Assembly (NCBI RefSeq): GCF_009914755.1
Contig: NC_060943.1
Direction: 5' to 3' (one strand)
From: the human T2T-CHM13v2.0 reference genome, Homo sapiens
DNA length: 64,000 nt
How positions within the stretch are numbered: position 1 is the stretch's first letter; each line of letters begins with the position of its first letter. The position numbers and the translations under genes were made by a program. Shown here in pieces: positions 18,103 to 35,263 of this stretch. The notes below the pieces were generated by a model, which did no database searches, was not told where the DNA came from, and saw only the letters and a program-made list of their open reading frames with translations.

Positions 18103-18400
18103 TAGGGCTGCCACGTGCAGTTGTTCAGGCTGTGTACTGCACAAGGCAGCCATTTCTAAGGGGGTGCCTCTTACATCACAGTGAAGATTTGTTTATTTAT
18201 GACAAATTTATTTGTTGTTTAGGACAAATTTATTTGTTTATTTATGACAAATTTGTTTATTTATTGTCATAAATAACAATGATTTTCTAGTGGATGGCAG
18301 GACAGGGGTCTCTTCCAACAAAGTATATTGTGACAAATCATCTTACCTGACTTACGGAAGGAGCATCCATTTTCAACTTGTTCAAAGGTATCCCTGGACT
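18103..18400 (+). mobile_element. MER91-like DNA transposon relic; related copy at ~10678-10870
   Basis: Both share cagttg-cagg-gtg-actgcacaagg and a downstream agatttgt...gatggcag; family assignment from memory. Confidence 0.5.
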
Positions 18401-18502
18401 CATGGTGGTCAACACTCACTCATTGCCCTCTATCTGGCCTGACTTCCGCCACCCTGGTGGGAGCCCCAGGCCCCCCCTGCCCTTGCTGGGGGCCATACTC
18501 AC

Positions 18503-18641
18503 GGGTTGGTCGTGGACAGGATGAACATGGAGCTATAGGGAGGCATTGGCTTAGGGCCGTCTTCCCCACGGTCGTCTTCCTCCTCCTCCTTCTTCTCTTC
18601 CTCTTTTTTTGGCAGTGGGTCTGGGTTGGCGTTTTTGTTCA
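18503..18641 (-). CDS. CACNA1A: CACNA1A exon 21 (139 nt; end of II-III loop)
   Basis: caacag|TGAAC...AACCC|gtgagt; [47 protein letters not shown]. Confidence 0.98.
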
Positions 18642-19872
18642 CTGTTGGGACAAGAACCAACACAGGGCTCCCTCCACAATTTCCCACAAGTCTCTGGGAA
18701 CTCCTGTGTACTCCCAGGGCAGGCAAGAAGCGGCTGACATTTCTAAAGTGCCTGCTGTATATACCAGGCATCTTATGACATCACTGAACCCTTGTATAGC
18801 CCTGAGGTTGATATATTCTGATCTCCTGTTTACAGATGAGGAAATTGAGGCACAGAGAAGTAAAGTGACTTGTCTAAGGTCACACAGCAGGAAGTGGCAG
18901 AGCTGGCATTTGGAACCCAGGCGGCCTGGCCCCCGAGAGCCTGCTCTCAACCACTCTATAGCCTTGAGTGCGGTGGGGCCCTCATGGGATATTAACACAG
19001 ACCTGCCCCTATCCTCGTTGGACCTTCACACCCTCACTTGCAGGCAGGTAGGGAGAGTGCCAAGAGACCCACTGAACAGATAGAAATACTGAGACCTCCC
19101 ATAAACTGCATGGCATGCCCCCATTAGCACCCCTCTCTTGACTCAGGGGGAGGAGCCATCAGCCTCTGGAGCTTCCATTCTGCAGCCCAGCCTGCTTATG
19201 TGCCCACGGGCAGGCTGAGCCTCTCTGAGCCTCAGTCCCTACATCTATAAAATGGGCACAGTGACAAGACCTTAGGATCTTAGGTCTCAGGACCATGGAA
19301 AGCCTTTATCCAGCAAACTCATGAAAATCTCTCACATAGAACTGACACTAGATGAACTTAAGACATAATCCACCCAGCAGTTCACCATTTTTTTTTTTTT
19401 TTTTTTTTTTTGAGACAGTCTCGCTTTGTCACCCAGGCTGCAGTACAGAGGTGCCATCTTGGCTCACTCTACCTCGGCCTCCTGAAGTACTGGGATTACA
19501 GGCATGAGCCAGTACATCTGGCCCCTTTTTTAATGTGGCGACTAGAGAGTTTAAACTGACATTTGCATGTGGCCTGTGTTACATTTCTTTTGGACAGTGC
19601 TGGGCCGAGAGAATCAATCATCTGACCCCCTCAAGCTTCCATCAGAGGACCCTATTGCTCCTCAAATGGGGTGGCTTCCTGGCTCCCCTTGGGAAGGAAG
19701 GACGTAGAAGATATTGCTAACCCGACTGAACACAACCCCGTGCCAGGCACTGTGCACAAATTATCTCACTGAACCCTCCACAGCCCTGTGGGGTAGGAAA
19801 CTACGCCTATGCCCATTTTCCAGGGGAGGAGACTGAGGCCAGAGAGATGGGGTCACAGTCCAGGGTCACTCA

Positions 19873-20469
<597 letters not shown>

Positions 20470-20491
20470 CTAGCTAAGATTCCATCTTTCA

Positions 20492-20890
<399 letters not shown>

Positions 20891-21690
20891 TCAGAGGTCA
20901 AGACCTTCACGTGCCCATGGACAGGTTTCCACAACTCCCCATCATCTTATTTCTTTTCTTTCTTTCTTTCTTTTTTCTTGCTCTGTCGTACAGTGGCGTG
21001 ATCTCGGCTCACTGCAACCTCTGGCTCCCAGGTTCAAGCGATTCTCTTGCCTCAGCCTCCTGAGTAGCTGGGATTACAGGTGCCCACCACTACGACCGGC
21101 TAATTTTTTGTATTTCAGTAGAGATGGGGTTTCACCATTTTGGCCAGGCTGGTCTCGAATTCCTGACCTCAAGTGATCCACCCACCTCAGCCTCCCAAAG
21201 TGCTGAGATTACAGGTGTGAGCCACTGCACCTGGCCTCTTTTTTTTTTTTTTTTTCAGACAGGGTCTTACTCTGTTGCCCAGGCTGGAGAGCAGTGGCAG
21301 GATCATAGCTTACTGCAGCCTTGAACTTCTGGGCTCCAGTGATCCTCCCATCTCAGCCTCCAGGTAGCTGAGGCTACAGGCTCACGCCACCATGTCTGGC
21401 TAATTTTACAATTTTTTGTAGAGACTGGCGTCTCACTATGTTGCCCAGGGTGGTCTCAAACTCCTGGCCTCAAGTGATTCTTCCTCCTCGGCCTCCTAAA
21501 ATGTTGGGATTACAGGCGTAAACCACAATGCCCAGCTTGTTTTTAACTTTCTTATTCTTAGCTGAGTTTTCACTGCCTAGTACAGGGCCTCTCACACAGT
21601 CAATGCTGGGTAAACTTACTGTCAAATGATAAATGAATACCCCCATTTTCTTTTTCTTTCTTTCTTTTTCTTTTTTCTTTTTTTTTTTAA

Positions 21691-21891
<201 letters not shown>

Positions 21892-22628
21892 TGAACTCGT
21901 GGCCTACAGTGATCCACCCACCTCAGCCTCCCAAAGTGCTGGGATTATAGGCCTCCCTAAGTGCTGGATATATAGAGCCACCGTGCCTGGCCAGAATGTC
22001 CCCATTATCCAGATGAGGATACTGAGGCCCCAGGAGAGATCCCACAGCCTCAAACCTCCCATCAACCCCTGCCTCTCCAAGCCATGGACACCTGGGCCCT
22101 GCCTCTTGCCATCTACAGGTGGACAAAGACTCACTTAGTAGCCCATCTGATGCCTTCTGGACTACAGACCCCTGGACAACACAGCCCTGGTTTCCCATAA
22201 ATCTATCTAGAAAGAATAAATAAATAAATAAGTAATAAATAAAAGGCTGGCTTTCCCCAGAGGGCTTCCCACTGGCTAAACTACCAGCACCATTCTCCTC
22301 ATTTTATTTTTGCATTTTAACTTGCAAAAACCCACGGTGTTTTTAGTAAGTGGAAGAGAGACAAGCTAATTTATTTTCAGACCAAAGTAGGTAAGTGGGA
22401 TGCTTCTATGAATACTTCCCGGAAGGAGAAACCGAGGCAGTTCCACTGTTTCTCTGAGACTGCACAGGGGAAATAGACAGGTCCAAGCAACTTTCTGCCT
22501 TCTCAGTTTTGTGAGTGGGTCATAGAGGGACATTTCAGAAGACAGGCTGACCTGGGTTTGAATCTCGGCAATGTCTTTTTTTTTTTTTTTTTTTGAGACA
22601 GGGTCTCACTCTGTCGCCCAGGTTGTAG

Positions 22629-22748
<120 letters not shown>

Positions 22749-23421
22749 TAATTTTTCTTTTTGTAGAGATGAGGTCTCACTATATTGCCCAGGCTGGTCT
22801 CAAACTCCTGGGATCAAGCGACCCTCTTGCCTCAGCCTCCCAAAATGCTGGGATTATAGGCATGAGCCACTACACACAGGGAAATCTCAGCAACATCACT
22901 AGCTGTGCAACCCTGTGTGATTTGCTTAACCTCTCTGAGCCTTAGTTCCCACATTTTAAAATTTGGGATAACAGGAGTAGAACCTTCCCCATATCCTGGA
23001 GACTGAAGCAATGATCCTGGACCTTCTTTACCACATAATCTCCAGTGAGTTACTTAGCCTCAGTTCCTGACCCATAACATGCGGGCCGTAACCTCATTGA
23101 GTCTGGCTCTGAGAACTAAGTATGTTAATGAGCTGAGAGTCACCGAGGATTATTCTCAGGCCTTGAAACCTAATGGGATTTGTCTTGCTGGATTTAGCAC
23201 TTGCTTAGGACTGGTGACCTCTTTATCCCTTCCAATTTCTCCCTTTTGCAATGGGAACGTCTATCCTATGCCTGTCCCGCTGTTATATTCTGGAAACATA
23301 CAAAGATCACTTGTTCTGTAGTTTCTATATTATATATATAACATATATATTATATATATTTATCTTATCTATCTTATTTTTTGAGATGGAGTCTTGCTCT
23401 GTCACCCAGGCTGAAGTGTAA

Positions 23422-23637
<216 letters not shown>

Positions 23638-25069
23638 TAGGATTACAGGCGTGAGCCACCATTTCTGGCCTAAATGAGGTAAATTCTAAACCAATATTTC
23701 CTCAACATCTTGGACAGTCCACAAAGAAATCCCTAATTCTAACCTGCTTGTGATGCTTTTTGAGAAGTTGTGTATCATGAAAACCTGGCTGAGAGTATTT
23801 TCTCATCATCTGTAATGTGTGTGTGTGTCTGTGTGTGTCTGTGTGTGTATAATAATAATAATATATTTTTAAGAGACAGGGTCTTGCTCTGTTGCCCAGG
23901 CTGAAGTGCAGTGGTATGACCATAGCTCACTGCAACTTTTAACTCCTGGGCTCAAGCGATCTTCCCACCCTGGGTAGCTGGGATTGCAGGCACACACTGC
24001 CATGCCTGGTTATTTTTATTAATTTTTGTAGAGACAGGGTCTCACTATGTTGTTCAGGCTGGTATTGAACTCCTGGGGCTCAAGAGATCCACCTGCCTTG
24101 GCCGCCCAAAGTGCTGGGATTACAGGTGTGAGCCACCACGCCTGGCCCTGTGTATGTATATGTGTATATATGTGTATATATATACATACACATATATATA
24201 CACATTTCAGAGAGTGATATCCCTGCCATAAAGCAGGCCCAGTTAAGTTATAATTTCAAAGAGAACCTAAATCCTTTGGCCACCAGCTCAAGAAGCCATG
24301 GAGAAACTCGTGGCGGCATTTTCTTAGAGGAATACCATCTACCAAGAGCAGATGGAAAAGGGTCTGCCAATGTGTTTTGTCTTGTTTTTGCTTCCTTGTA
24401 GAGCGTCTGTTGGCTCTGTTTGTTGGGAAATTTTAACAAGCTCAGCCTGCAGAGGCCTAATATCAATTTCCGGGAGGTTTCATTTCCAAAGTGTCTCCAA
24501 GGAGAACTCAAAAGGGGCAGAAAACTTTGAAGCTGCACCCCTACCCCCTTCTCCCTGGGGATCTGGCATCCTCTGCCTGGAATAGGTGGCCAGTTGCATA
24601 ACACCTGCTGTGCGTGGCGTTCTTGTGCCAGCTGATCACTTGGGCATCCTTCTGCAGAGGGCTGTGGACACCTTGCCTGGGGCACACTCAGACCCTGAGA
24701 TCGGATTATGTGGGGGTGATAATAACAGCAGTTCCTGTTTATTGCTTATCTCGTGTCCCCACCCCCTGTCCTAAGGACCTCACGTATTAACTCATTTAAT
24801 CCCTGCAACTACCACCATCCGAGATGGGTATAGTGATCAGCCCCATTTCACACAGGAGGAGACTGAGGTTCAGAGAGGCAAAGTTACCCAGAGTTACCCA
24901 GCTGGAAAACAGCTGAGCTGGGCTCTCTGGTGTTCAAAGCTTTAATGGGGCAGCTTGGTACAGTGGCTTACGCCTGTAATCCTAGCACTTTGGGAGGCTG
25001 AGGAAGGAAGATCGCTTGAGCCCAGGAGTTTGAGATCAGTCTGGGGAACATAGTGAGACCCCATCTCTA

Positions 25070-25291
<222 letters not shown>

Positions 25292-26666
25292 CTAAGTAAT
25301 TAACCACTCCCTACCCCCATGCAGGATAAACTGTGGAGCTCAAAAGTCCAGCATCTCTCTTCCTGTTCCTTTTGGGGAGCAGGTTGTCATGGTGACAGAT
25401 GCAGGTGGAATTAGGATGCGAACAGCAGAGATAAGAATTCTAGAGTGGAGCAGGTCTTGGCAAAAGTTCCCTTTGCAAGCAGATAGGCCTGGGAGAAGGC
25501 ACTGCCTGGTTGCAAGGGAGAGGCAGAAGCTCTGTCCTCCATAGATTTTTACTGACAGTCTGGGAAAGTTCCACCCTCATTTTGTCCACCCTGCAGGGCC
25601 ACTGGGCTCGGCCACCTGGTATGGGGGATCTGGGGCCAGCAGCCATTGAATTATATGAAATAGAATGTGCGTCAGTCCACTTTTCACTGGAGTGAGCCAC
25701 TGAAAGACAGATGAAGGTAGGAATGAGGAGAAGACAAAGTGAATAAAAAGGAAAAAAATATGATCGGCCTGGCAAGGTAGCTCGCTCCTGTAATCCCAGC
25801 ACTTTGGGAGGCTGAGGTGGGAGGATCGCTTGAACCCAGGAGTTGGAGACCAGCCTTGGCAATGTGGCAAAACCCTGTGTCTACAAAAAATACAAAAGAT
25901 TAGCTAGGCATGGTCATGCACACCTGTAGTCCCAGCTGCTCGGGAGGCTGAGGTGGGAGAATCACCTGAGCTCAGGAAGTCAAGGCTGCAGTGAGCCATG
26001 ATTGTACCACTGTACTCCGGGGCCTGGATGACAAAGCGAGACCATGTCTCAAAAAAAAAAAATTATCAATATGCTGGAGAATGAAAAACACAGGGTACGT
26101 TTGCAAAAAGCCTCAAGGAATGACTGAAGAAGAGGAAAAATGTACAAGGCAGACCTCCGAAGGCCACTGGCTTTGTCACAACAGAGAACGAAAATGTCTT
26201 TTTATTATTTTATATTCTCAAATAAAGTTTTATCTTTGCCACTTTTTTTAAAGCAGATGAATGACTGATCTTGAATTTTTTTCTCTTAAAGTGCATGAAT
26301 CTTCATGAACTTTTATTTCCAAAGAGCCTTAGAACCTCTTTATCAGCCAAATGAATAATGTCTCTCCCGGCCAGATTGTTTGATGTGTCTATTAATAATG
26401 GAATTAGCAGTACTCCCCTGGTTCAGAATGGGGGTCTGGCCAGCTGAGGCTATGGGGGTGAAAGTGGGGAGATAGTTTCTTCCTCTGAAGAAGAGAGGGA
26501 GCAGGAACCATCTGTGGGATTTGGGCAAGCTGGGTCCTTATTGCTTTTTATGTTTATTGATGAGAGTATTACTAACAGTATTAGCTGACACTTCCTGAGT
26601 GCTTACTATTACTGCTAAAAATAGCATTCATTGAGTACTTAATAATATTCATATTAATAATAGCTA

Positions 26667-26807
<141 letters not shown>

Positions 26808-28861
26808 TTATTGAGCTCTTGGTATAAGCCAGGAACCACTCAAAGCATTTTACACGTACTAACTCAGTTAAATCTTTTTTTTTTTTTTTTTTTTTTTTGA
26901 GATGGAGTCTCGCTCTGTCTCCCCGGCTGGAGTGCAGTGGTGCGATCTCGGCTCACTGCAAGCTCCGCCTCCCGGGTTTTACACCATTCTCCTACCTCAG
27001 CCTCCCGAGTAGCTGGGACTACAGGCGTGCACCACCTACGCCCGGCTAATTTTTTTTTTTTTTGGTATTTTTAGTAGAGATGGGGTTTCACCATATTAGC
27101 CAGGATGGTCTTGAACTCATGACCTTGTGATCCGCTCACCTCGGCCTCCCAAAGTGCTGGGATTACAGGCATGAGCCACCGCGCCCGGCTCAGTTAAATC
27201 TTATACCCAGAGAAGGAGGTAGCTACTATTCTTATCTTCATTTTATAGATGAGGAAATGGAGGCCCAGAGAGGAGTGAAATTCTGAAAGTCACACAGCCT
27301 GGAAGTGATAGGGCAGGAATGTGACTGCCTGCCCCAAAGTCCTTGCCTTTCACAACCAGGCTTTGCTGCTCTTGTAGTTTCCAATGTTTACTGTTGTCTT
27401 TCAAAAACTCTTCCTGGCATATTGTTAGGGAGAGACATTTTGTCCCTGTCACTCTGCCTCCTTCAATAACAGTAGATCTGTTAATAAGGCTGATAATAAC
27501 AGTAATATTAGTAATAATAGCAAGAGTAATTAATAATCATTGGTCTTTCTTTTTTTTTTAGACATGAGGTCTTGCTCATCTCTAAAATGAGCAATGCTAC
27601 TGCAATCCAACCTGGGCAACAGAGCAAGACCCTGCCTCAAAAAAAAAAAAAAAACAAACAAAACCCTAAATAAACCAACAAACTAAAGGCACAGATAATT
27701 ATAAGCAAGATTTTTCACCTGTGTGAGGAGCACTAGAAAGTCATGAAGAGGAAAGGATAATTCTTTTCCATATGAGACTGTCTTGTACATGGTAGGGTAT
27801 TTAGTATACTGGCCTCCCATTCTCTAAATGCTCAGGCTGGTCTCGAACTCCTGGGCTCAAGCAATCCTTTGCCTCAGCCTCCTGAGTAGCTGGGATTACA
27901 GGTGCATACCACTGTACCTGGCTTTTTTTTTTTTTTTTTTTTTTTGAGACAGAGTCTTGTTCTGTTGCCCAGGCTGGAGTGCAGTGGTGTGATCTCAGCT
28001 CACTGTAACCTCTGCCTCGCAGGACAATTCTTGTGCCTCAGCCTCCTGAGTAGCTGGGATTATAGGCGTCCACCACCACGCCTGGCTAATTTTTTGTATT
28101 TTTAGTAGAGACAGGGTTTTGCCATGTTGGCCAAGCTGGTTCTGAACCCCTGACCTCAGGTGATCCACCTGTCTCTGCCTCCCAAAGTGCTGGGATTACA
28201 GGCGTGAACCATCACACTGGCCTGTACCTGGCTCTTCATTGGTCTTTACTATACAGAGAGTGCTGTGGTAAACACTTTATTCCACCTAAACTCCCGTTTT
28301 GATCTCTCATTCCCCTGAGTGACTGACAGCCCCAGAGTCTCATCAATGCACCTTCAATTTCTTTGTCACTTTCTCGTCACTAGTCATGTCCTGCAAACTG
28401 GCCTCCTTCTGGTCCACCCCAGGGCCTTTGCACATGCTGTTGTTAGACTGAAACACTCTACTCCCTTCTCAGATTGCTCCTCTGGAAACCTGCCCTGAGA
28501 CCCTGGGAGCAGTTTCTTGGTCGTATTTCTCAGAATGTCTCAGACCACTTCACTTGCAGTTGTGTGACTGAACTCACAGCATGAGCTTAGAATATAGTAG
28601 GCACTTAGTAAATACTAACTGAATGAATGCATAAACCCATAGGAGAAGATTGAAGCGAAAGAATGACCTAGAACAATGGTTTTCAGAAAACTGTTGTAGA
28701 ACTACGTGGAAACCTAATAACATAATGATTGAGGGGCACTGCAGGCACTTAGAGAATGGTAGGCAGTTATACTAAATACCCTACCATGTACATGACAGTC
28801 CCATATGGGAAAGACTTATCTTTTCCTCTTCATGACTTTCTAATGTCCCTCAAAGAGGTGA

Positions 28862-29110
<249 letters not shown>

Positions 29111-29542
29111 TAGAGATCGAGGTCTCCTTATGTCGCCCAGGTTGGTCTCGAACTCCTGGCCTCAAGCGATTCTCCTTCCTCAGCCTCCCAATGCACTGGG
29201 ATTACAGGTGGGAGCCACTGCACCTGATCCTGTGCTTTTAGTTTAAACCTAACTCTTTTACATAAGAACACAACATATTTTTTGTATGTTTTTAATATAC
29301 ATTGCATTTTCCTGCAATGCAACTATTAAATAAATGGAAGAAAGACTAGACTCTTTTGTATATGGAACTTTGCCAAGAGGTGTTCAACATTGTGGAACAT
29401 CTTGACACTGCTGGCAACTCCCCTCATGTGGTTTGAATTGTCCACACAACCCAGAGTTAGCCATCATTTGTGCCTGTCACTTCATGGTGATTTTGTGTAT
29501 GGTGTACATATCAGAATTACTTCACTATGTCCTCCAGAGTCT

Positions 29543-29711
29543 CATTACTCAAAATGTGGTCCCTGGACCAGTAGTATCAGCCTCATCTGGGAGCTCGTTG
29601 CAAATGCAGAATCTCAGGCTCCACTGAGTCCTTAGCCCTACGGAATTACAATTTGTGTTTTAACAAGATCCCTGGGGATTCACATACACATTAGATTTTG
29701 AGAAGTGCTGG
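29543..29711 (+). mobile_element. MER5A-like DNA transposon
   Basis: ctcaaaatgtggtccctggaccag...aaatgcagaatctcagg...tttgagaag. Confidence 0.75.
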
Positions 29712-30165
29712 CCTACCTCATATGTCATACAACAGGATCACTTAAACCCATCATTAAAAAAATCAATATTATGCCCTGATGGTAATATAAAAGAGGACTA
29801 AGAGCAGGTTAATTTGTAATAGGACAATGTCTACGATGTCTATTTTAATGGGTAAGTTGTTGAGTCCCTATATGCAGAATCACTATAGCATCTGCTAGAA
29901 AGTATTACAAAATGTCGTTATGAAAAAGAGGATGCTGGTTCTGAATGGATAAGTTGCTGGCCTGGAAGATGCCTCAAAAGCTTTCTAACATTTTTATTTA
30001 TTTTTAAAAGGTGAGGTCTCACTATGTTGCGCAGGCTGGTCTTGAACTCCGGGGCTCAAGTGGATCCTCCCACCTTGGCCTCCCAAAGTGCTGGGACTAC
30101 AGGCATGAGCCACCACATCCCGCTGCATCCAAAGCTTTGAAACTCTGCTCTCCCTTCAATTCTAA

Positions 30166-30375
<210 letters not shown>

Positions 30376-31493
30376 TAGAGATGGGGTCTGCCTCTATTGC
30401 CCAGACTGGTCTCCAACTCCTGGTATCAAGTGATCCTCCCACCTTGGCCTCCCAACAGAGTGGCTTTTCAAACTTCCAAAGAATAGCATTAGGTAAATAG
30501 AGTTGGCTGAAAATGGCCAAAAATGCTCTAAATTTACCGAGCACTTATTATGTGTCAGCTGCTCTTCCAGGCCCTTTGCATACATTACCTCATTCAATCC
30601 TGGCAATGACCCAATTAGATCCCACTATTTCCATTGTGTGAGGCCCAGAGATATGAAGTCACTTTGCAAAAGTCACACAGCAAGAACACAGAAGACTATA
30701 TAATTCTGGACGACAGTGGGGCTTCTCTTAATAGTTTCCCTGAAATGCTCAAGGCCTCTGGTGCCAGAGAGCCTGGGTTCAAGGACACTGGTTAGAGGAA
30801 TGACCTTGAGGAGCTCACTCAATCTCTCAGTTTCCCCATCTGTGAAGCCTCTAATCCGAACACTTTGGGAGACTGAGGTGGGATGATTGCTTGAGGCCAG
30901 GAGTTGGGGACCAGCCTGGGCAACAGAGCCAGGCCTCATTTCTACTAAAGGTAAAAAAATTAGGCTGAGTGTGGTGGCTCAACCCTGTAGTCCCAGCACT
31001 TTAGGGAGGCTAAGGCAGGCGGAATGCTTGAGTTCAGGAGTTTGAGACCAGCCTGGGAAACACAGTGAAACCCTGTCTCTACAAAACACTGTCTCTACAA
31101 AAATTAGCCAGGCATGTGGCACATGTCTGTGGTCCCAGCTACTTGTGAGGCTGAGGCGGATGGCTTGAGCCCGGGAGGTAGAGGCTGCACTGAGCTATGA
31201 CTGCCACTGCACTCCAGCCTGGGCAACAGGCGAGACCCTGTGTCAAAAAAACAAAAACATACAGCATTTTTTTTTTTTTTGAGACAGAGTCTTGCTCTGT
31301 TGCCCAGGCTGGAGTGTGATGGCACGATCTCAGCTCACTGCAACCTACCTCCACCTCCCAGGTTCAACTGATTCTCCCGCCTCAGCCTCCTGAGTAGTGG
31401 GAATACAGGTGGGCACCACCACTAATTTTTGTATTTTTAGTAGAGACGGGGTTTCACTATGTTGGCCAGCCTGTTCTCCAACTCCTGACCTCA

Positions 31494-31785
<292 letters not shown>

Positions 31786-31978
31786 TGAACTCCTGACCTC
31801 GTGATCCATCCGCCTCGGCCTCCCAAAGTGCTGGGATTACAGGCGTGAGCCACTGCGCCTGGCCAAATACAGCATTTTATAATATATTTTTATAAACAAA
31901 TACACAGCACGTGCTACTTTGGCTGTTGTCATTATTAATGTTACCGTCATTCTGCGGATTCGAGGTCACCTCCACTTA

Positions 31979-32803
<825 letters not shown>

Positions 32804-33230
32804 TCACAGGACTTAGAGCATTGCTAGGCACTGTAGCTTGGATGGATGACCCAGGCGAACCAACCCACATCTCAGCCTCCCACTCCTGCTCTCCACCCTC
32901 TACTCCCCACTGAATGCTAGGAGTCTGTGAGCATCTGAGTCAGGTCCCAGCCTCCTCTGCTCAAGAACCCTCCATGGCTCCCACCTGGCTAGGGGCAAAA
33001 GCCCAAGTCCTCCCCCCTGACCCAGAAGGCCCTGTGTAATCTGCTTGTCACCTCCTTGCCTTCACCTCCTCACACTTACTATTCGATTCTAGTCACACAG
33101 GCCTCCTTCACATCAGGCATGTTCCTGCCTCAGGGCCATTGCCTATGCTGTTCCCTCTGCCTGGGATGCCCTTCCCCAGGCCCCCCAGTGGCTCCTCCCT
33201 CACCTCCTTCAGGCCATGTAACCTTCTAGG

Positions 33231-33570
33231 TGAGCAGTCCCCAACCTTTTTGGCACCAGGGGCCAGTTTTGTGGAAGACAGTTTTTCCACAGACCTAGGT
33301 GTGGGGGGTGGTTTTGGGATGAAACTGTTTCACCTGAGATCATCAGGCATTCGATTCTTAAAAGGAGCACGCAACCTAGATCCCTCAGATGCACCGTTCA
33401 CAATAGTGTTTGTGTTCCTATGAGAATCTAATGCTGCCTGCTGATCTGACGGCAGGTGGAGCTCAGGCGGTAATGCTTGCTTGCTCACTGTTCACCTCCT
33501 GCTGTGCAGCCCCGTTCCTAATAGGCCTCGGCCTGGTACCAGTCCACAGCCCCGGGACTGGGGACCCCTA
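33231..33570 (+). mobile_element. MER1 (MER1B-like) inserted into L2
   Basis: tccccaacctttttggcaccaggg...gttttgtggaagaca...tggggacccct. Confidence 0.85.
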
Positions 33571-33984
33571 TTCTAGGTGATGCCTTCCCTGACAACTTCG
33601 TTTAAAATCACAACTCTCTTCACTCCCAGCATTTGCTATTTCCCTCCCCTACTTTCTCTGTAGTTCCATCGCCTTCTAACACAATATATAATTTACTTAT
33701 TTATCTAATTTATTGACTCCTTCCCTTGCTAGAATGGCTACACACAGGTGGGATTTTTTTTTTCCTCCTTGTTAATGCTGTATCCCCAGAAGTTAGAACA
33801 GTGCTGGGTACATAACAGCTGCTAACCAAATATTTATTGAGTGAAAGTGGGTGGAAGGACAAGAAGTGTCTCTTCCTAAAGCTCAGTTCTGTCAAGGACC
33901 ACCCCCACTGCTTCCCAAATCTGTGCCTGGGATAGTGTGGACGTTCAGGAGCCAGGGTAGCATCCCAGGGATTAGGGGCACTTA

Positions 33985-34092
<108 letters not shown>

Positions 34093-34285
34093 CTAAAAGG
34101 CACGTGGAATCTTTGTTCACAAAACATGAACTAGGCCTTGGGGACTCACTTCTGACCCTGTTGCTGACCAGGGGCAACATTTGAAATATTTCGACCAATC
34201 AGAACCAAGGCTCCCCAATTGGAATGGGTACCTGCTATTGGTTAAGTGTATTGCTATCCCCTCTGTGTATAAGTTTGACATCTAA

Positions 34286-34743
<458 letters not shown>

Positions 34744-35030
34744 TAGGCTTTCTGAGCCATGTGAACTCTCTGAACCAACTTTCAAAAAACACCAACTACC
34801 CTCACACACAGAAGAGCCTGGCATCCGATGGCCCCTGCCATGCACTGTCAACAGCCCCCAGAAGGAGAATGAGGAGAGGAATTTATATTCCCAGCCCCCA
34901 TGACAGGAAGGCGGTGGGGAGAGGAGAGCAGGGCACTTGGGCTACAGCCAACTGCCCAGGGTGCTGCTGCTCACTGGTGGTTAGGTTCAGAGAGGAGGAG
35001 AATGGGGGAAGAGGTTTTAAAAATACATAC

Positions 35031-35081
35031 AGAAAAAGACGTTTTTGGACTTTAAATCCTTCTTCAGCCTTCATGCAGGGC
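35031..35081 (-). other. Candidate 51-nt stop-containing (poison) exon in intron 17
   Basis: About 50 nt of pyrimidine tract, then acgaatgag|GCCCTGCATGAAGGCTGA...TTTTTCT|gtatgt. Sequence-only prediction. Confidence 0.3.
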
Positions 35082-35236
35082 CTCATTCGTAAAACAGAAA
35101 AGCCAACAAAGAAAAAGCAAAGAAAAGGCAACGAGAAAGAAATGGCCAGAAATGAACCCGCCCATAAGAAAAGTCATGCCATTGCAGGCAGCTCTCCCGC
35201 TGTGCTCCGAATCACTGGAACGGGGAGCAACCTTAC

Positions 35237-35263
35237 CACCTTGGAAATGGTCAGATCAGGACA
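35237..35263 (-). other. Candidate unannotated 27-nt in-frame cassette microexon in intron 17 (CPDLTISKV)
   Basis: catctccatgttgtctctgacag|TGTCCTGATCTGACCATTTCCAAGGTG|gtaagg; phase 0/0, no stop. Sequence-only prediction. Confidence 0.35.

Noticed and set aside
22106-22124. Third CTCF-like motif (CCTGTAGATGGCAA on minus)
   Set aside because: Weaker match at informative positions; not supportable without ChIP data
24370-24405. Plus-strand pyrimidine tract and TAG suggesting an antisense exon
   Set aside because: No clear partner donor or other support; such matches arise by chance
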